From positions 12,772,001 to 12,836,000 of the forward strand of contig NC_043009.1 in NCBI RefSeq assembly GCF_006345805.1: a stretch of DNA of 64,000 bases, read 5' to 3'. Below the pieces are notes generated by a model. It was given only the letters and a program-made list of their open reading frames with translations, was not told the DNA's origin and made no database searches. Origin of the DNA: Octopus sinensis (lineage: Eukaryota). Positions 14,428 through 27,973 of this stretch are shown in pieces. How positions within the stretch are numbered: the first letter of the stretch is position 1; each line of letters opens with the position of its first letter. A program made the position numbers and the translations under genes.

Positions 14428-15520
14428 GTATATATATATATATATGTGTATATATATGTGTGTATGTGTGTGGTGGTACCCTAAAAGTGTGTTGGTTTAT
14501 ATATGCACATAATTACCAGTATACATATGTTTATACATGTATACGCATGTACCAGTATGTAGGTTTCCGATGTATGATTATATATATGTATATATACATA
14601 TATATATACATATATCTGCATACAAGCACACACACATAAATACACATACACACGTGTATAATATATATATATATGTATATATATATGTGTGTGCATATAC
14701 ACGAAATCTAAAGCCACACAATATATCACATTATGAAATGAAACATGTTTTTTTTATTCCGTGGATGTTCTCCTCCGAGTTGTACGTGATACAAACACTG
14801 AGTTTGGAAAAAATATTTTTTACGGCTTTCCACATTGAAATTTCTGACGTTATTCCTTCTATTGCCAAAATTTGCAGATATAATGAAACAACACAGGGCA
14901 AAAAAAAACCAAAACAAAACCAAAAAGAGCTAACAGAAAGTAAAACGAAGAGTAAATTAAAAAAAAAAAAGAAACGAAATTTCTTCATTCAATTTTGATA
15001 AGACTGAATCGCCAAATTTGTATATTTTAGTAACGTGACTTGTGATCTTTGATGCACAATTCAGACCTACAGAACAATCAAGAGAGCTGCTGTTATTTCT
15101 GTCTTGTAAGAATCTCAAGCTATCTAGATTCTCACGCGTGTTCAGATTAATACTTTCTAATCTAATATTAAATTATAATGCTGGTGGTGCCAATTGTAGG
15201 TATTCCTTCTATTACGATTTCGTTATGCGATACAAAGATACAAAATTATAGAGTAGGAACCAAGGATAGGGTCGTCTTCAGTAAGTGATTGGTTGCGAGT
15301 GTCGTAAAATATATAAAATTCATAATTTTAGAATATCGCATAACCAACTAAATACTCAACGCATTTAGTTGGTTATAGATAGATATAGATATATTATACT
15401 TATACTACCCCCCCACACACACATAAACATTAATAAAAAGAGAACAAATTTCAGGAATCAGAATACATTTCGTCAGTAGATTTCTCAACATCGGAATACT
15501 TCATTAAAATATACGTAGAT

Positions 15521-15865
15521 ATGAATAAGTCTGCGACCCCCTTCGGTCACGACACAGACCGTAGGATTGCACCTAGAAAGTTATCCTCCCAGGCACAAGT
15601 CCGGGCAAGGTTGTTTATTGAAGACCAGCAGTCGCCCATGCACACCGGCCTCCACTCTCCACGCCACCAGTGTTTATCCAAGGGAAAGGCAAGGACCGAT
15701 ACAGCTTGGCACGTGTGACATCGCAACTCATTTCTACAGCCGAGTGAACTGGAGCAACGTGAAAAAAAGTGTCTTGATCAAGAACACAACACGCAGCCCG
15801 GTCCAGGATTCGAGCTCACAACCTCACGATCGTAAGCTCTAATCACTGGACCATGCGCCTTCACT
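15521..15865 (-). mobile_element. tRNA-derived V-SINE-like element (tail type D)
   Basis: Minus: gaaggcgcatggtccagtgattagagc...gagctcgaatcc...gtgttcttgatcaagacact. Confidence 0.7.
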
Positions 15866-16244
15866 AATGCAAATAAAACAAATAAGTAGATACAATATAA
15901 AATATAAAACATAAATAGACTCGCATGATATCGTATGAAATTGTATATCCGTGTTTGGAATCAATGAGAAAACAATTATACGTGCACGGTCAATATTGCC
16001 TTAATTCAAATTATCAAATTGATGAAAGAGTGGTTCAAAATGATTTAAAGAGGAATCTATAAATAAATCCAGTGAAGGTTCAAATTCCTACGGCCATTTC
16101 AAGAACATGTGGTATGAAATGGGCGAACCATTTCATGAGACTGAACAGTACGTTATTTCGCTACAAACTTAAAAATTAAAAAGTTAAAAAATCATTAAAT
16201 ATATTTTTAAAATTAAAAAAATTGTCTTAAATTATCTTAAGTCA

Positions 16245-16330
16245 TCTCTGAAGAAAGAAATATGTGTAATTATGATGGATAGAAACGGTTCGCCCATTTC
16301 ATACCACATGTTCTTGAAACGGCCGTAAGA
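16245..16330 (+). ncRNA. Type I hammerhead ribozyme (CUGAAGA core, GUA site, long stem II)
   Basis: tct-CTGAAGA-aagaa a tatgtg...cacatg ttctt-GAAA-c ggcc g-TA-aga; core intact but stem I is only 3 bp. Confidence 0.65.
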
Positions 16331-16804
16331 AATTGAGCCTTCACTGGATTTATTTATGGATTCCTCTTTAAATCATTTTAAACCACCCTTTCATCAATTT
16401 GATAATTTGAATTAAGGCAATATTGACCGTGCATGTATAATTGTTTCCTCGCTGATTTTGAACACGGATATACAATTTCATACGATGTCATTTGAGTCTA
16501 TTTATGTTTTATATTTTATAGTGTATCTACTTATTTGTATTTACGTTTATTTTAATGAAATATTCCAATGTTGGGAAATCTACTGACGAAATGAATTCTG
16601 ATTCCTGAAATTTGTTCCCTTTTTATAAATCTTTATATTTCATGTTTCTCTCTTAATTGGAGCCCTAATTGATAATTCGCTAATTCTTTTATTTATTAGG
16701 GAATAAAAATCCCGAATCACAGGGGTTCAAATTATTCTTAATGAGGAAATATGTATATATTTTTTATTTAGAGATAGTATCTCTATATATGTATGTATAG
16801 ATAT

Positions 16805-16859
<55 letters not shown>

Positions 16860-16956
16860 ATATATATGTGTATATATATGAATATATATGTATGTATATA
16901 TATATATATGCATAAATATACATTCTGTGTGTATGTATATATGTGTGTATATACAT

Positions 16957-17265
16957 GTGAAGGCACGTAGCTTAGTGTAATAAGCTCACGATCGTAAGAT
17001 CATGTGTTCGATTTCCGACGGCGCGTTGTGTCCTTGAGCAAGACACTTTATTTCACGTTGTTCCAGTCCACTCAGTTGGCCAAAATGAGTTGTACTTGTT
17101 GATGAAAGCTGGATTTGTCTCATTCTGTGTTACGGTGAATCTACTCCGAGAACTACGTTATGGATATGCGTGTCTGTGGAGTGCTCAGCCACTTGCACGT
17201 TAATTTCACGGGCAGGCCGTACCGTTGACCGGATCAACTGGAAGAATCCTCGTCGTCGTATCCAG
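16957..17265 (+). mobile_element. V-SINE-like element with tail type C
   Basis: gtgtccttgagcaagacact central domain; tail ccgagaactacgtt...cctcgtcgtcgta shared with the 11961 and 21744 SINEs. Confidence 0.75.
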
Positions 17266-17399
17266 CTGAATACCACGCGTGGCTGTGCGATAAGAAACTT
17301 GCTTCCCAACCACATGGTTCCAGGTTCAGTCCCACCGAGTGGCACCTTGTGCCAGTGTCTTCTACTATAGCCTTCTACTATAGAGTTTTGAAATGTTTT

Positions 17400-17915
17400 T
17401 AAACATTTTGTTTTGCAATTGTCTGATAGTACAGACACAGACTTGCCCAAATGCGCCAATAAATTAACATTGATACTTTTTTCGACGTTGTTACAATTAT
17501 CTGAAATGGAACTGTCAAAGCGTGATAATCCAGCAATTTTGTAATTCAACTTCAAAAAAGGACTTAATGCAGCTGAAACTGTTCACCATATCAACGAAAC
17601 ATGGCTACGAAGTTCTTCCCCATCCAGCTTATTACCCAAACTTTTCTCCTACCGACTGCCACTTTTTCAAGTACCTTGATGGTTTCCTGTGAGAGAAGGA
17701 GTTCAAAAATTCAAACCGATGCTGAAAGTGCGTTCAAAGAGCTTCAGAACTCCAGTCTTTTTATGTTACCGTAATAAACAAACATGCAACTCGTTGGCCA
17801 AAATGTGCTGATTGTAATGGTACTTACTTTGATGAATAAAATTTCCGCATTATTGAAATATATTCTGATGAATCTCATGCTTCAAACCGTTGCTTACTTT
17901 TTACTCAGCCTGATT
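17400..17915 (+). mobile_element. Internally deleted mariner
   Basis: MELSKRD..FKKGLNAAETVHHIN joined to YEVLPHPAYYPNFSPTDCHFFKYL; TIR-like 3' end. Confidence 0.7.
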
Positions 17916-19243
17916 ATATATATATATATAACAAATGGCTGCCTATACGATAATATCTTTCAATTTATGTGTATGTATGTATACTTGTGTGAGTGTTTGT
18001 GTGCTTGTATGTGTGTGTGTATGTGTGTGTGTGTGTGTGTGTGTAAATTGGGTTTATTGTTATTTTAAACACAGCAAGTTCATAACAGATGCCATCTCTG
18101 GACGAATATCGCAATAAAATTACATTTCAACGATATATTTACATTATGTATCATAACAGAGATGGATATTTAAATGTAATGCTACTGAAATTGCGTATAA
18201 TGTATTTTTATTCGAGTGACTATTCGCTATGTCAGTGAATGTTTATTCACTCTTTCCCTGTATATTACAAGATAGAAGAGACTCTCTGTTTAAGCATGTG
18301 GTATTACTGGTGTTCTCGGTTGCCCGCCGCTGGGATAATGCTTCCTCTCCCTCCGATGTTTACAAGTTTTAAGCATAGCACACCCACAAGAGATGTTATT
18401 TCTGGATGAATAACGTAGTAAATTTGCCTTTCAACGATGTATTTACATTAAGTATGGTACAGAGAGGGACAATCTAATTTTAAATTGCTCCGTTTTATAC
18501 AAGTAATATATGTGCGTATGTCTGTATGTGTGCGTATGTCTGTGTGTGTGCGCGTGCATGTATGTATGTATGTGTGTGTATATGTATATGAATTTCCTAG
18601 AATCATTTCAAATCATTTTAAGTTATAATGCACACCCACAAACCATTTGTGTGTATATATCTATCTATCTATATCTATCTATCTATCTATCACAAACCAT
18701 TTGTTTATTGAGTTCTTCGTAAGAATTCTGCAAAAGAATATATATTTTCAGAAATATTTCGAATTTATTGCTCCAGGCATTGGTAAAATTTGAAGAAATT
18801 GATGTCGTTCGCTGTATGATATCTACGCAGGAAGTGAAAATAAAATTTACAAATATTTTAACTGAATATCTACTCCTCGCGCTTTATGTAATCCGTTTGT
18901 ACTTGAATGTAACTTGGTTCAATTCAAATATCTTTTATTTGTTCTACGGTCACAGAAGGTTTTGCTTCTGTTATTAATATACAGCAATATAATCATATAC
19001 AGCCCCTTATAATATAGGACAAATATATACGTGTTTCACATGCGCATGTATGCCCACACATATGTATGCCTTGTGTTAAATTCAGTTTGATTTCATTATG
19101 TATCTATATATAATGCAAGCGCTTCGTTTATTGAACCCCTTCGTACAATTCCACATAGTAAAATATAATGCTACCTTGACCTATACAAGCAAACATACAT
19201 ACGTACGTACATACATACATACATACATACATACATGTGTGTA

Positions 19244-19352
<109 letters not shown>

Positions 19353-20269
19353 GACTGACTGTCTGTCTGTCTGTCTGTCTGTCTGTCTGCCTTCCTGTCT
19401 ATCTATCTATCTATATATATATACATGAACATATGTAATAATTTCGTTTAGGCATAGAAATACAAATAACCAGTTGTAACAACACGATATACATATGCCT
19501 TAGAGTAAAGCGTTTTGCGAGAACAGAGCGTAACACTAATCATTGAATGACAAAGGAAAAGAACAGGAGTTGACTTAATCACCTACATTAGCTTACAGCT
19601 GTTTCGTATATAAGAAGCACTACACTTAGAGCTGAGTGTTTGTGCAACATCCTCTAGCTGTAGGCTAATGAAGGTGATTACATGACTTCTCTTTGTTTGA
19701 CATTCATTAATATATCTATATATATAGATATATATATATGTATGTATGTATGTATGTATTATACATACACACACAATCACTCATAAATACATGCATTCAT
19801 ACATCCATGCATATATATGTTTACATATGTATACACACACACATACACACATTTATATATATATATATGTTCAGTGAGAAAGCCAGGACAGAACTAGATT
19901 GAGTGTTACATATACCTAGATGGATTGATAGATTAATATTTTAATAAATACATTCCATATAGACTGTATGAAGAGTTATTTGGTAGTATTTAAACTGATA
20001 AAATCCATGTTTAAATGGAATTTTGGCTAGTATTGATAAGAAAATATAAAAAAATAAAAAGGGTTAGAGAAAAAAGAGGAAAAATAATCAATTTTCAGAT
20101 CGTACTTCAGCAAACCACACTCGCGGCTCTACCATCATCGTCGCCGCCAATTGAATTGTAGAGACCATCACTACTACAGCGGTGACACCAATACCACCGC
20201 CGCCATCGCAACTATCTTCAAAACTATTTTCCCATCATCAACTCAAATAATCATTTTCCTCATTTTTTT

Positions 20270-20336
20270 TTATCATGGTCATCATCGTTAATCATCATCA
20301 TCATCATCATCGTCATCATCATCGTCATCTTCACCG

Positions 20337-20378
<42 letters not shown>

Positions 20379-20400
20379 CCATCATCGTCATCATCGTCAT

Positions 20401-20449
<49 letters not shown>

Positions 20450-20460
20450 GTCATCACCAC

Positions 20461-20512
<52 letters not shown>

Positions 20513-20523
20513 GTCATCACCAC

Positions 20524-20584
<61 letters not shown>

Positions 20585-20595
20585 GTCATCATCAT
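20270..20595. repeat. (CAT)n microsatellite
   Basis: Long CAT/CGT/CAC array; source of the poly-His and poly-Met ORFs. Confidence 0.95.
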
Positions 20596-21189
20596 GTTGT
20601 ACGCCTGTTAAAACGTCTCCTTATCGCAGTATTAAAAAGCTAAAAGCAAAGTAAAGGAATAAAATCTTTAAAAGAATGATTAATTTGGGATTTGGGCAGG
20701 ATAGGGTGTGGAGGTGTATGGAGAGGATAACTATTCAGATTTCGTTCGGTTGTAGTAGAAGTTGTTTTAGTAGTCATTGTCATTGGTACAATAATAGTAG
20801 TAGTAGTAGTTTTTTGTTATTTTGTTGTTGTTATTGTCTATATCTACAATGTAGAATATCCTCAAAGTGACAGGAAGTAGTCAGGGCTGGAAATGACAAA
20901 TTACCCGTTGGCATGAGCCTCGCTCGGCTTCTGTCATGTACAGATACAGTAGGAAAACAGTTTTATCGTTAATTTCATTTTATATATCCCTATTGATGAA
21001 CGACAACGCCGTCAGCTGCAGTTTTCCAAACGCCCGGTTACTACTTCACAGCGTTACCGGTAGTCAGAGTAACAAGACAGCTTCTGTATGTCACCGAAAA
21101 ACAAATATTGCAATAATGCGCCATCTTTAGTACTCGGTCATCACAGTTGGTTTGCTATTCGGTTTCCGTGTCTGTCCTTAGTTATAGAC

Positions 21190-21520
21190 AAGAATCATGG
21201 GTGGTGATGGGAATGGTACCCTCGTAAATACAAGCGTTTCGAAATGGGGTTATCCTGAAATGATATTCGATGGATCAAGCGATAGCAGCTCCATTCCTAC
21301 GGGTATATGGTCAGAATATCCGAAGAAATAGTCAGAGGGGCGATTTTACAAACACGGTCAACCAGCGACTGGTAGGTCACGGGCGGATGGCTAGGTAATA
21401 TCAGCAGCCTCGACTGGACTCACTGAGAGATTCGACTAGAACATTTGCAGACACTTATTTTTCAAAGGTACTCCTGGAAGACGCGTTTGAGGACGTTGCG
21501 CGAAATACGTTCAGAGGAAT
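21190..21520 (+). mobile_element. Degenerate RTE LINE fragment
   Basis: IKR*QLHSYGYMVRISEE...GGWLGNISSLDW matches the RTE RT C-terminal pattern, with stops. Confidence 0.55.
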
Positions 21521-21743
21521 AGACGGCTACGATGATAAATGGAGGTACAAACATCGTAAAGGTTTGCGTTCGGTAAACACCCATTTCCATTTTTTCTCAA
21601 AATTTGGAAGTATAGTGGGGAACACATCAATGAATAGATACCTTTTAGTAGACATACACAACAGCATATTTGAGCATATTCTATGCAACTTGTTGCTTTC
21701 TTGGAGTGATAATTTGTCTTTGAATATATATACACAGCACCGA

Positions 21744-22130
21744 GTGGATGTGCAATGGCCCAGTGGTTAGGGCAGCGGACTCGCGGTCATAGGATCGCGG
21801 TTTCGATTCCCAGACCGGGCGTTGTGAGTGTTTATTGAGCGAAAACACCTGAAGCTCCACGAGGCTCCGGCAGGGGATGGTGGTGATCCCTGCTGTACTC
21901 TTTCACCACAACTTTCTCTCACTCTTACTTCCTGTTTCTGTTGTACCTGTATTTCAAAGGGCCGGCCTTGTCACTCTCTGTGTCACGCTGAATATCCCCG
22001 AGAACTACGTTAAGGGTGCACGTGTCCGTGGAGTGCTCAGCCACTTGCATGTTAATTTCACGAGCAGGCTGTTCCGTTGATTCGGATCAACCGGAACCCT
22101 CGTCGTCGTAACCGACGACGGAGTGCTTCC
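21744..22130 (+). mobile_element. Full-length tRNA-derived SINE (tail type C) with 12-bp TSD
   Basis: TSD acacagcaccga at 21732-21743 and 22131-22142; close to the 11961 copy. Confidence 0.92.
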
Positions 22131-22292
22131 ACACAGCACCGACATTAGCAGCATCAATGATGGTGACTCAGTAAAACCATTGCAATGGGGGTGAACGAAT
22201 AAAATTTTGTTTCTGTCGGATGCAGTTGAGCTGTTGTGTCCCTGTTTGCGTGTGAGCAGTTACGTTTGTCTGCTTGTTTGTTTGAATTGTTT

Positions 22293-22333
<41 letters not shown>

Positions 22334-23040
22334 TCATGTATGTGCCTCGCTTAAGATATATGAGTAACATACAAAGAAATATAATCTATATAGGACTGAG
22401 ATGCATTTGAAGACGTGAAGTTTCTAGCTGGGTTTGCTTCCAAATATTGGTATGCAGTATCATGGTCTTTTTGTCGAGATATGTAATGCCGTAATTTGAA
22501 GCCTTTCAATCAGTATTTCCTATTTTGAAGCCCCTGATTCAAGATTGATTGAAAAATCCTACTGCGAAATTTTTCCTATTTTGTGAAAATATTCTATGAA
22601 TGGACATTGAGAACGGCAAGTAGCATAGAATCCCATCATATAAGTGGGAGACGATATGATTGGAAGTGATTTCAAGAATGTCTTTTGTAATGGAAAGGAA
22701 GCAATATTGGAAGCTACAATTGATAGAGTAGGTTTTAAACAGAATTTATCAACATATTCTTTGAATGAGCGACCTGTCAGGTAGCTTCCAACAAACATGA
22801 CGATTCAAGCAAAGCACAACCAATCAATGCAGAAGCACAGCTTTGTCAGGAGACACAGAAAAGCAATGTTTTCACAGGGAAGATCCCTTCTGGGTCAGTA
22901 AAGATTGAAAAAAAAAAAACAGAAAGCGGCCGAATTAGCCATATTAAATTAGACTTTTTAAACTTGTACAGCACCATGGTAAAAATGAATAATATACTAT
23001 TTTATCTTGTCATTAATAAAACGGGCAGTCAAATATATAT

Positions 23041-23700
<660 letters not shown>

Positions 23701-24624
23701 TAGAGTAAAAGGCTTTGTCATGAAAACCAAAATGGAGGTTATGGATATAAAAGTCAATTTGGACTGCATTCCTGGCATTCGTAAGGTGAACAAATCCGCG
23801 CAGAGAGAACAAGCTATCAGTCGATTGCAAGAAGGGCAGCGTGCCCTGGTTGTTGCGAAAGCTTACAATATCTATGTCAGCACCAGCTATCGCCTGCAAC
23901 AGTGATACAACAACACTGCTGACCGTTCCCGTAGAGGGCGTCCCTGGGTGACCACGACCAGGCAGGATCACTTCATCCACCTGCAACACTCCTGCGATCT
24001 CTTCAAACCGACTGCGTGACAGCTCGCGGAGACCATTGGCACTGGACAGCGACCCATCAGCGACGACACGGAACGACGTCGACTGACCGCCAACAACCTG
24101 CGTTGCTGTCGTCCTGCTCGACGGCCTGTCCTCACCGCTCGCCACCGTCAGGTACGACTACAGTGGGCTACAAAGCACCGACATAGGCGGCATCAACAAT
24201 GGAGGTCGATAGTCTTCCCTGATGAGAGCCGGTACTGCGTTTCCACCTTGGATGGCCGAATGAGGATTTGGCGTAGGAGAGGTGAACGCTACAGAGACGC
24301 ATGTGTCATAAAGAGGGGCGCGTGGGATGGCCAAAGCATCATGGTTTGGGGTGCTATATGCCTGAATCAGAGAATTGGGCTCATGTGTTCCAACTCATTT
24401 TGGCCAACTGAGTGGACTGGAACAACGTGAAATAAAGAGTCTTGCTCAAGGACATAACGCGCCGTCGGTAATCGAACACATGATCTTACGATCGTGAGCT
24501 TATTACACTAAGCTACGTGCCTTCACATGTATATACACACATATAATACATACACACAGAATGTATATATATGCATATATATATACATATATATTCATAT
24601 ATATACACATATATATACATATAA

Positions 24625-24656
<32 letters not shown>

Positions 24657-24665
24657 ATAGATACA

Positions 24666-24707
<42 letters not shown>

Positions 24708-25615
24708 ATAATATAACATATCTATAATATATAATAAATATATAGAGATACTATCTCTAAATAAAAAAAATATGTACATATTTCCTCATTGAGAATAATT
24801 TGAACCCCTGTGATTCGGGATTTTTATTCCCTAATAAATAAAAGGATTAGGGAATTATTAATTAGGACTCCAATTAATAGAGAAACATGAAATATAAAGA
24901 TTAATAAAAAGGAACAAATTTCAGGAATCAGAATTCATTTCGTCAGTAGATTTCCCAACATCGGAATATTTCATTAAAATAAACGTAAATACAAATAAGT
25001 AGATACAATATAAAACATAAACAGACTCAAATGACATCACAGTGCAGCGCCACGTTAACCAGATCCTAAAACCTCACATCGTGCTCTTCTTTGCGCGTCA
25101 CCATAGCCACGTGTTCCAGCAGGACAATGCTCCCTCCCACACTGCCAGGGTCTCCATGGACTTCTTGCGTCAACACAACATCAGAACCATGCCGTAGCCG
25201 GCTCTCAGCCCGGATTTGAACCCAACTGAACGGCTGTGGGATGAAATCTAGAGATAGCTGGGCCAGGTGATCTCAAGGCCGACAACTCGTGTGGAACTGG
25301 AAGAAGCATTCCCCATGGTGTGGGTACAGGTGCCAATGGCTCCTGTGAACCGCCTTATGTACTCCATGTACTGACGGTGTTTGGCCGTTTTGAACACCCA
25401 ATGAGGGCATACGCGGTATTGAACAGTCACGCCCTACATTTTCGATGTGCTGGATTCGCCCACTACTAGAACATATGACAACGACCCATAGACTGTGGTC
25501 AAAGTGCGTCCAATAAATTGACGTTATCAGATTTATCAAAATTTATCTCTGACAAAATGAAATTAAAATATATTTCTCAGTCACACACCTGTCGCGTTTC
25601 TTTTGCGGTTCAGTG
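23701..25615 (+). mobile_element. Tc1-family DD34E transposon, degenerate and interrupted at 24391-25038
   Basis: RRGRPWVTT, FPDESRY, IMVWGAI, FQQDNAPSHTAR and SPDLNPTE with 34-residue D-E spacing; right TIR gcgtttcttttgcggttcagtg followed by TA. Confidence 0.9.
24391..25038 (-). repeat. Inverted copy of 16484-17092 inserted into the Tc1 transposase
   Basis: Reverse complement of PLE arm + (TA)n + SINE head; Tc1 coding sequence on both sides. Confidence 0.9.
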
Positions 25616-26079
25616 TACATACTTGATTGCTGTCCCCTCGTGGCCGAGAAAGACCAACACAGACCGCTGCCGGTGTAAAATGTCGGTAATGCCTGTGTAT
25701 CAGCTTATTACACTCATTGTCGGCTTCACCCGGGTTCGCACCGCGGCACCCTCTTACTCGAGCGTGTATCGGAAAGTCGCCTTGACGGCGAATGCGCATG
25801 CACAACAGCTCAAAGAACCTCTCTGTCCTTTTGACATGGTCCAGAGAGAATCCAGGGTCTATACGAGTCGCAAGCTTAGCAATGTAGGCGCAAAACCAAA
25901 GTGTAAAAAATAAGTAACACATTTTCATTTGTCTTACTTATTTTTTACACTTTGGTTTTGGGTTGAGTTTTTTCTGAGAAAACATTATTCGTCTAAATAT
26001 AGCGATTGACCGTCTACTATCTAGCATAGTGACCGTCATTTGAGTGGTCAGTCCTTTAAATTTGTATATAAAATATATC

Positions 26080-26120
<41 letters not shown>

Positions 26121-26453
26121 ATGTATGTATGTATGTATTTCATTTGTATGCACATGTGTACGCAGGTACGTCGGTATGTATACGAAAGATAAAACCTGCC
26201 AGAAAGACAGATGAACCTAATGTAAGTTCAACGACTAACGGTAGCATGGCGCCTCAGAAATTCCACTTTGTATTAAGTGTGGTGGAAGACCAGTGGTGTG
26301 AGGAGCCTCTCAGCTTGATATCTAGCATATTGACCGTCCACTTTTAGTGGTCAGTCCTTTAAATTTTGTATGTAAAAAATATTTTAATCTTCGGATTTTT
26401 TTAATATGCTAGGCCATGGTTTTAAGTGATTAATATCAATTTCTACCTTATTC

Positions 26454-26516
<63 letters not shown>

Positions 26517-27292
26517 AAATGAAAGAATATAGAGATAAAAATCACGTTAATGATTTTATCAAGTAGTGAGCATACTATAAAAATGTATATGCAATTAATA
26601 CATTAAACTAATAATAATGTACATAAGTATATAATTATATCAAGGGAGATAGGGCGAAAACAACCTGTCCCCAGCTTGCTTGAAGTGCCGATACCTTAAA
26701 AAACTACCAAAAATTCCAGCTAAATATACATGTGGCTGAAAGCGGGCTAATGAGACAAAATTAAAAAGATCTCACGTTAATTATGAGTTGGTTCCAATTT
26801 CTGGGTTAAAGTAAAAAATAAGCATTTTTCCTTCGTCAACACAATACACGGGAGGAGGGCGGAATATGAGTCCAAATAATTGTATATACAGTCCAAAGCA
26901 AGTCCACATGTATACATACAGATATTAGCATGTATAAATCCAAGGAAAGTCGATTTATAGATCTCCTCACGACGGCCAACGTGTGTTATAGGAATAGTCA
27001 AGCAGTAAATGCTTTTCCAGTCAGGAGTAGAAATAATTAAATCATTTTATTTAAATTTTTTATTAATTCATAAAAAAATATAAGGACAAAAATCACGTTA
27101 ACGATTTTTATTAAGTAGTCAGCATTTATAGGCAATTAATACATTAAATTAATAATAATGTCCATAAGTATATAATTATATCAAGGGAGATATTTAGCTT
27201 TTGGTAGTTTTTTGAAGCTATCGGCACTTCAAGCGTGCTGAAGACAGGTCGTTCTCGCCCTAACTCCCTTGATAATTCTAATATATATATGT

Positions 27293-27354
<62 letters not shown>

Positions 27355-27429
27355 CACACACATAGAACCACCACTACAGGTTCCTACCCATTAGACACAT
27401 ACACCCACACACAAATATATATTTTTCTA

Positions 27430-27632
27430 CTCTAAGCACAAGACCCGAAAATTTTTTGGAAGGGCCAGTCGATTAAATCGCCCCTAGAACGCAACTGGTA
27501 CTTAATTTATCGATCCCGAAAAGATGAGATGCAAAGTCGACCTCGACGGACTTTGAACTCAGAACGTAAAAACACGAAATACCGCTAAGCATTTCGTCCG
27601 GGGTGCTAACGATTTTGTCTGCTCACCGCTTT
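27430..27632 (-). mobile_element. SINE of the gtcgactttgcctttcatcc core family
   Basis: caactggtacttaatttatcgatcccgaaaagatg core and head motif. Confidence 0.7.
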
Positions 27633-27732
27633 ATACATATATAGTTTATAGCGCGCGCGAGAGAAAGAGAGAGGGAGAGATACATAATACATACATACAT
27701 ACATAGACATACATACAAACATATAAATATGA

Positions 27733-27763
<31 letters not shown>

Positions 27764-27768
27764 ATAGA

Positions 27769-27811
<43 letters not shown>

Positions 27812-27923
27812 TGTATATAGGAGAAGAAAATGGAATAAAACAACAATGGGAAATTCGTGGTTACGCTGGTATGTCTTTAATTAAACAGGTAACAAAGAAG
27901 AAGAAGAAGCAGAGATAAGGTTA

Positions 27924-27973
27924 GCATTACGATCGTTTCGATTTACTGGTTTAAGTAAATCTTTTCAGAATGC
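27924..27973 (-). ncRNA. Minimal type I hammerhead motif with G8A core change
   Basis: Minus: gcatt-CTGAAAA-gatttact taaacc agtaaatc-GAAA-c gatc g-TA-aatgc; 5-bp stem I, 8-bp stem II, palindromic stem III loop. Confidence 0.8.

Larger units (their letters stand above)
15433..16627. mobile_element. PLE-like inverted-repeat structure with a SINE in the left arm
   Basis: 15433-16134 (excluding the SINE at 15521-15865) is the reverse complement of 16282-16627; carries a hammerhead. Confidence 0.75.

Noticed and set aside
18085-18475. Diverged ~85-bp direct repeats
   Set aside because: About 70% identical, non-coding; probably an old local duplication.
18750-18781. Possible micro-exon KYFEFIAPGI
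   Set aside because: Splice-like flanks this short are expected by chance in AT-rich DNA.
20260-20643. Poly-His / poly-Met ORFs
   Set aside because: Pure (CAT)n tract with no splice or domain context.
21110-21130. YY1-like gcgccatctt motif as a promoter
   Set aside because: Single short motif with no associated gene.
24220-24245. CTGATGA as a hammerhead core
   Set aside because: It encodes the PDE catalytic Asp motif of the Tc1 transposase and has no GAAA or stems after it.
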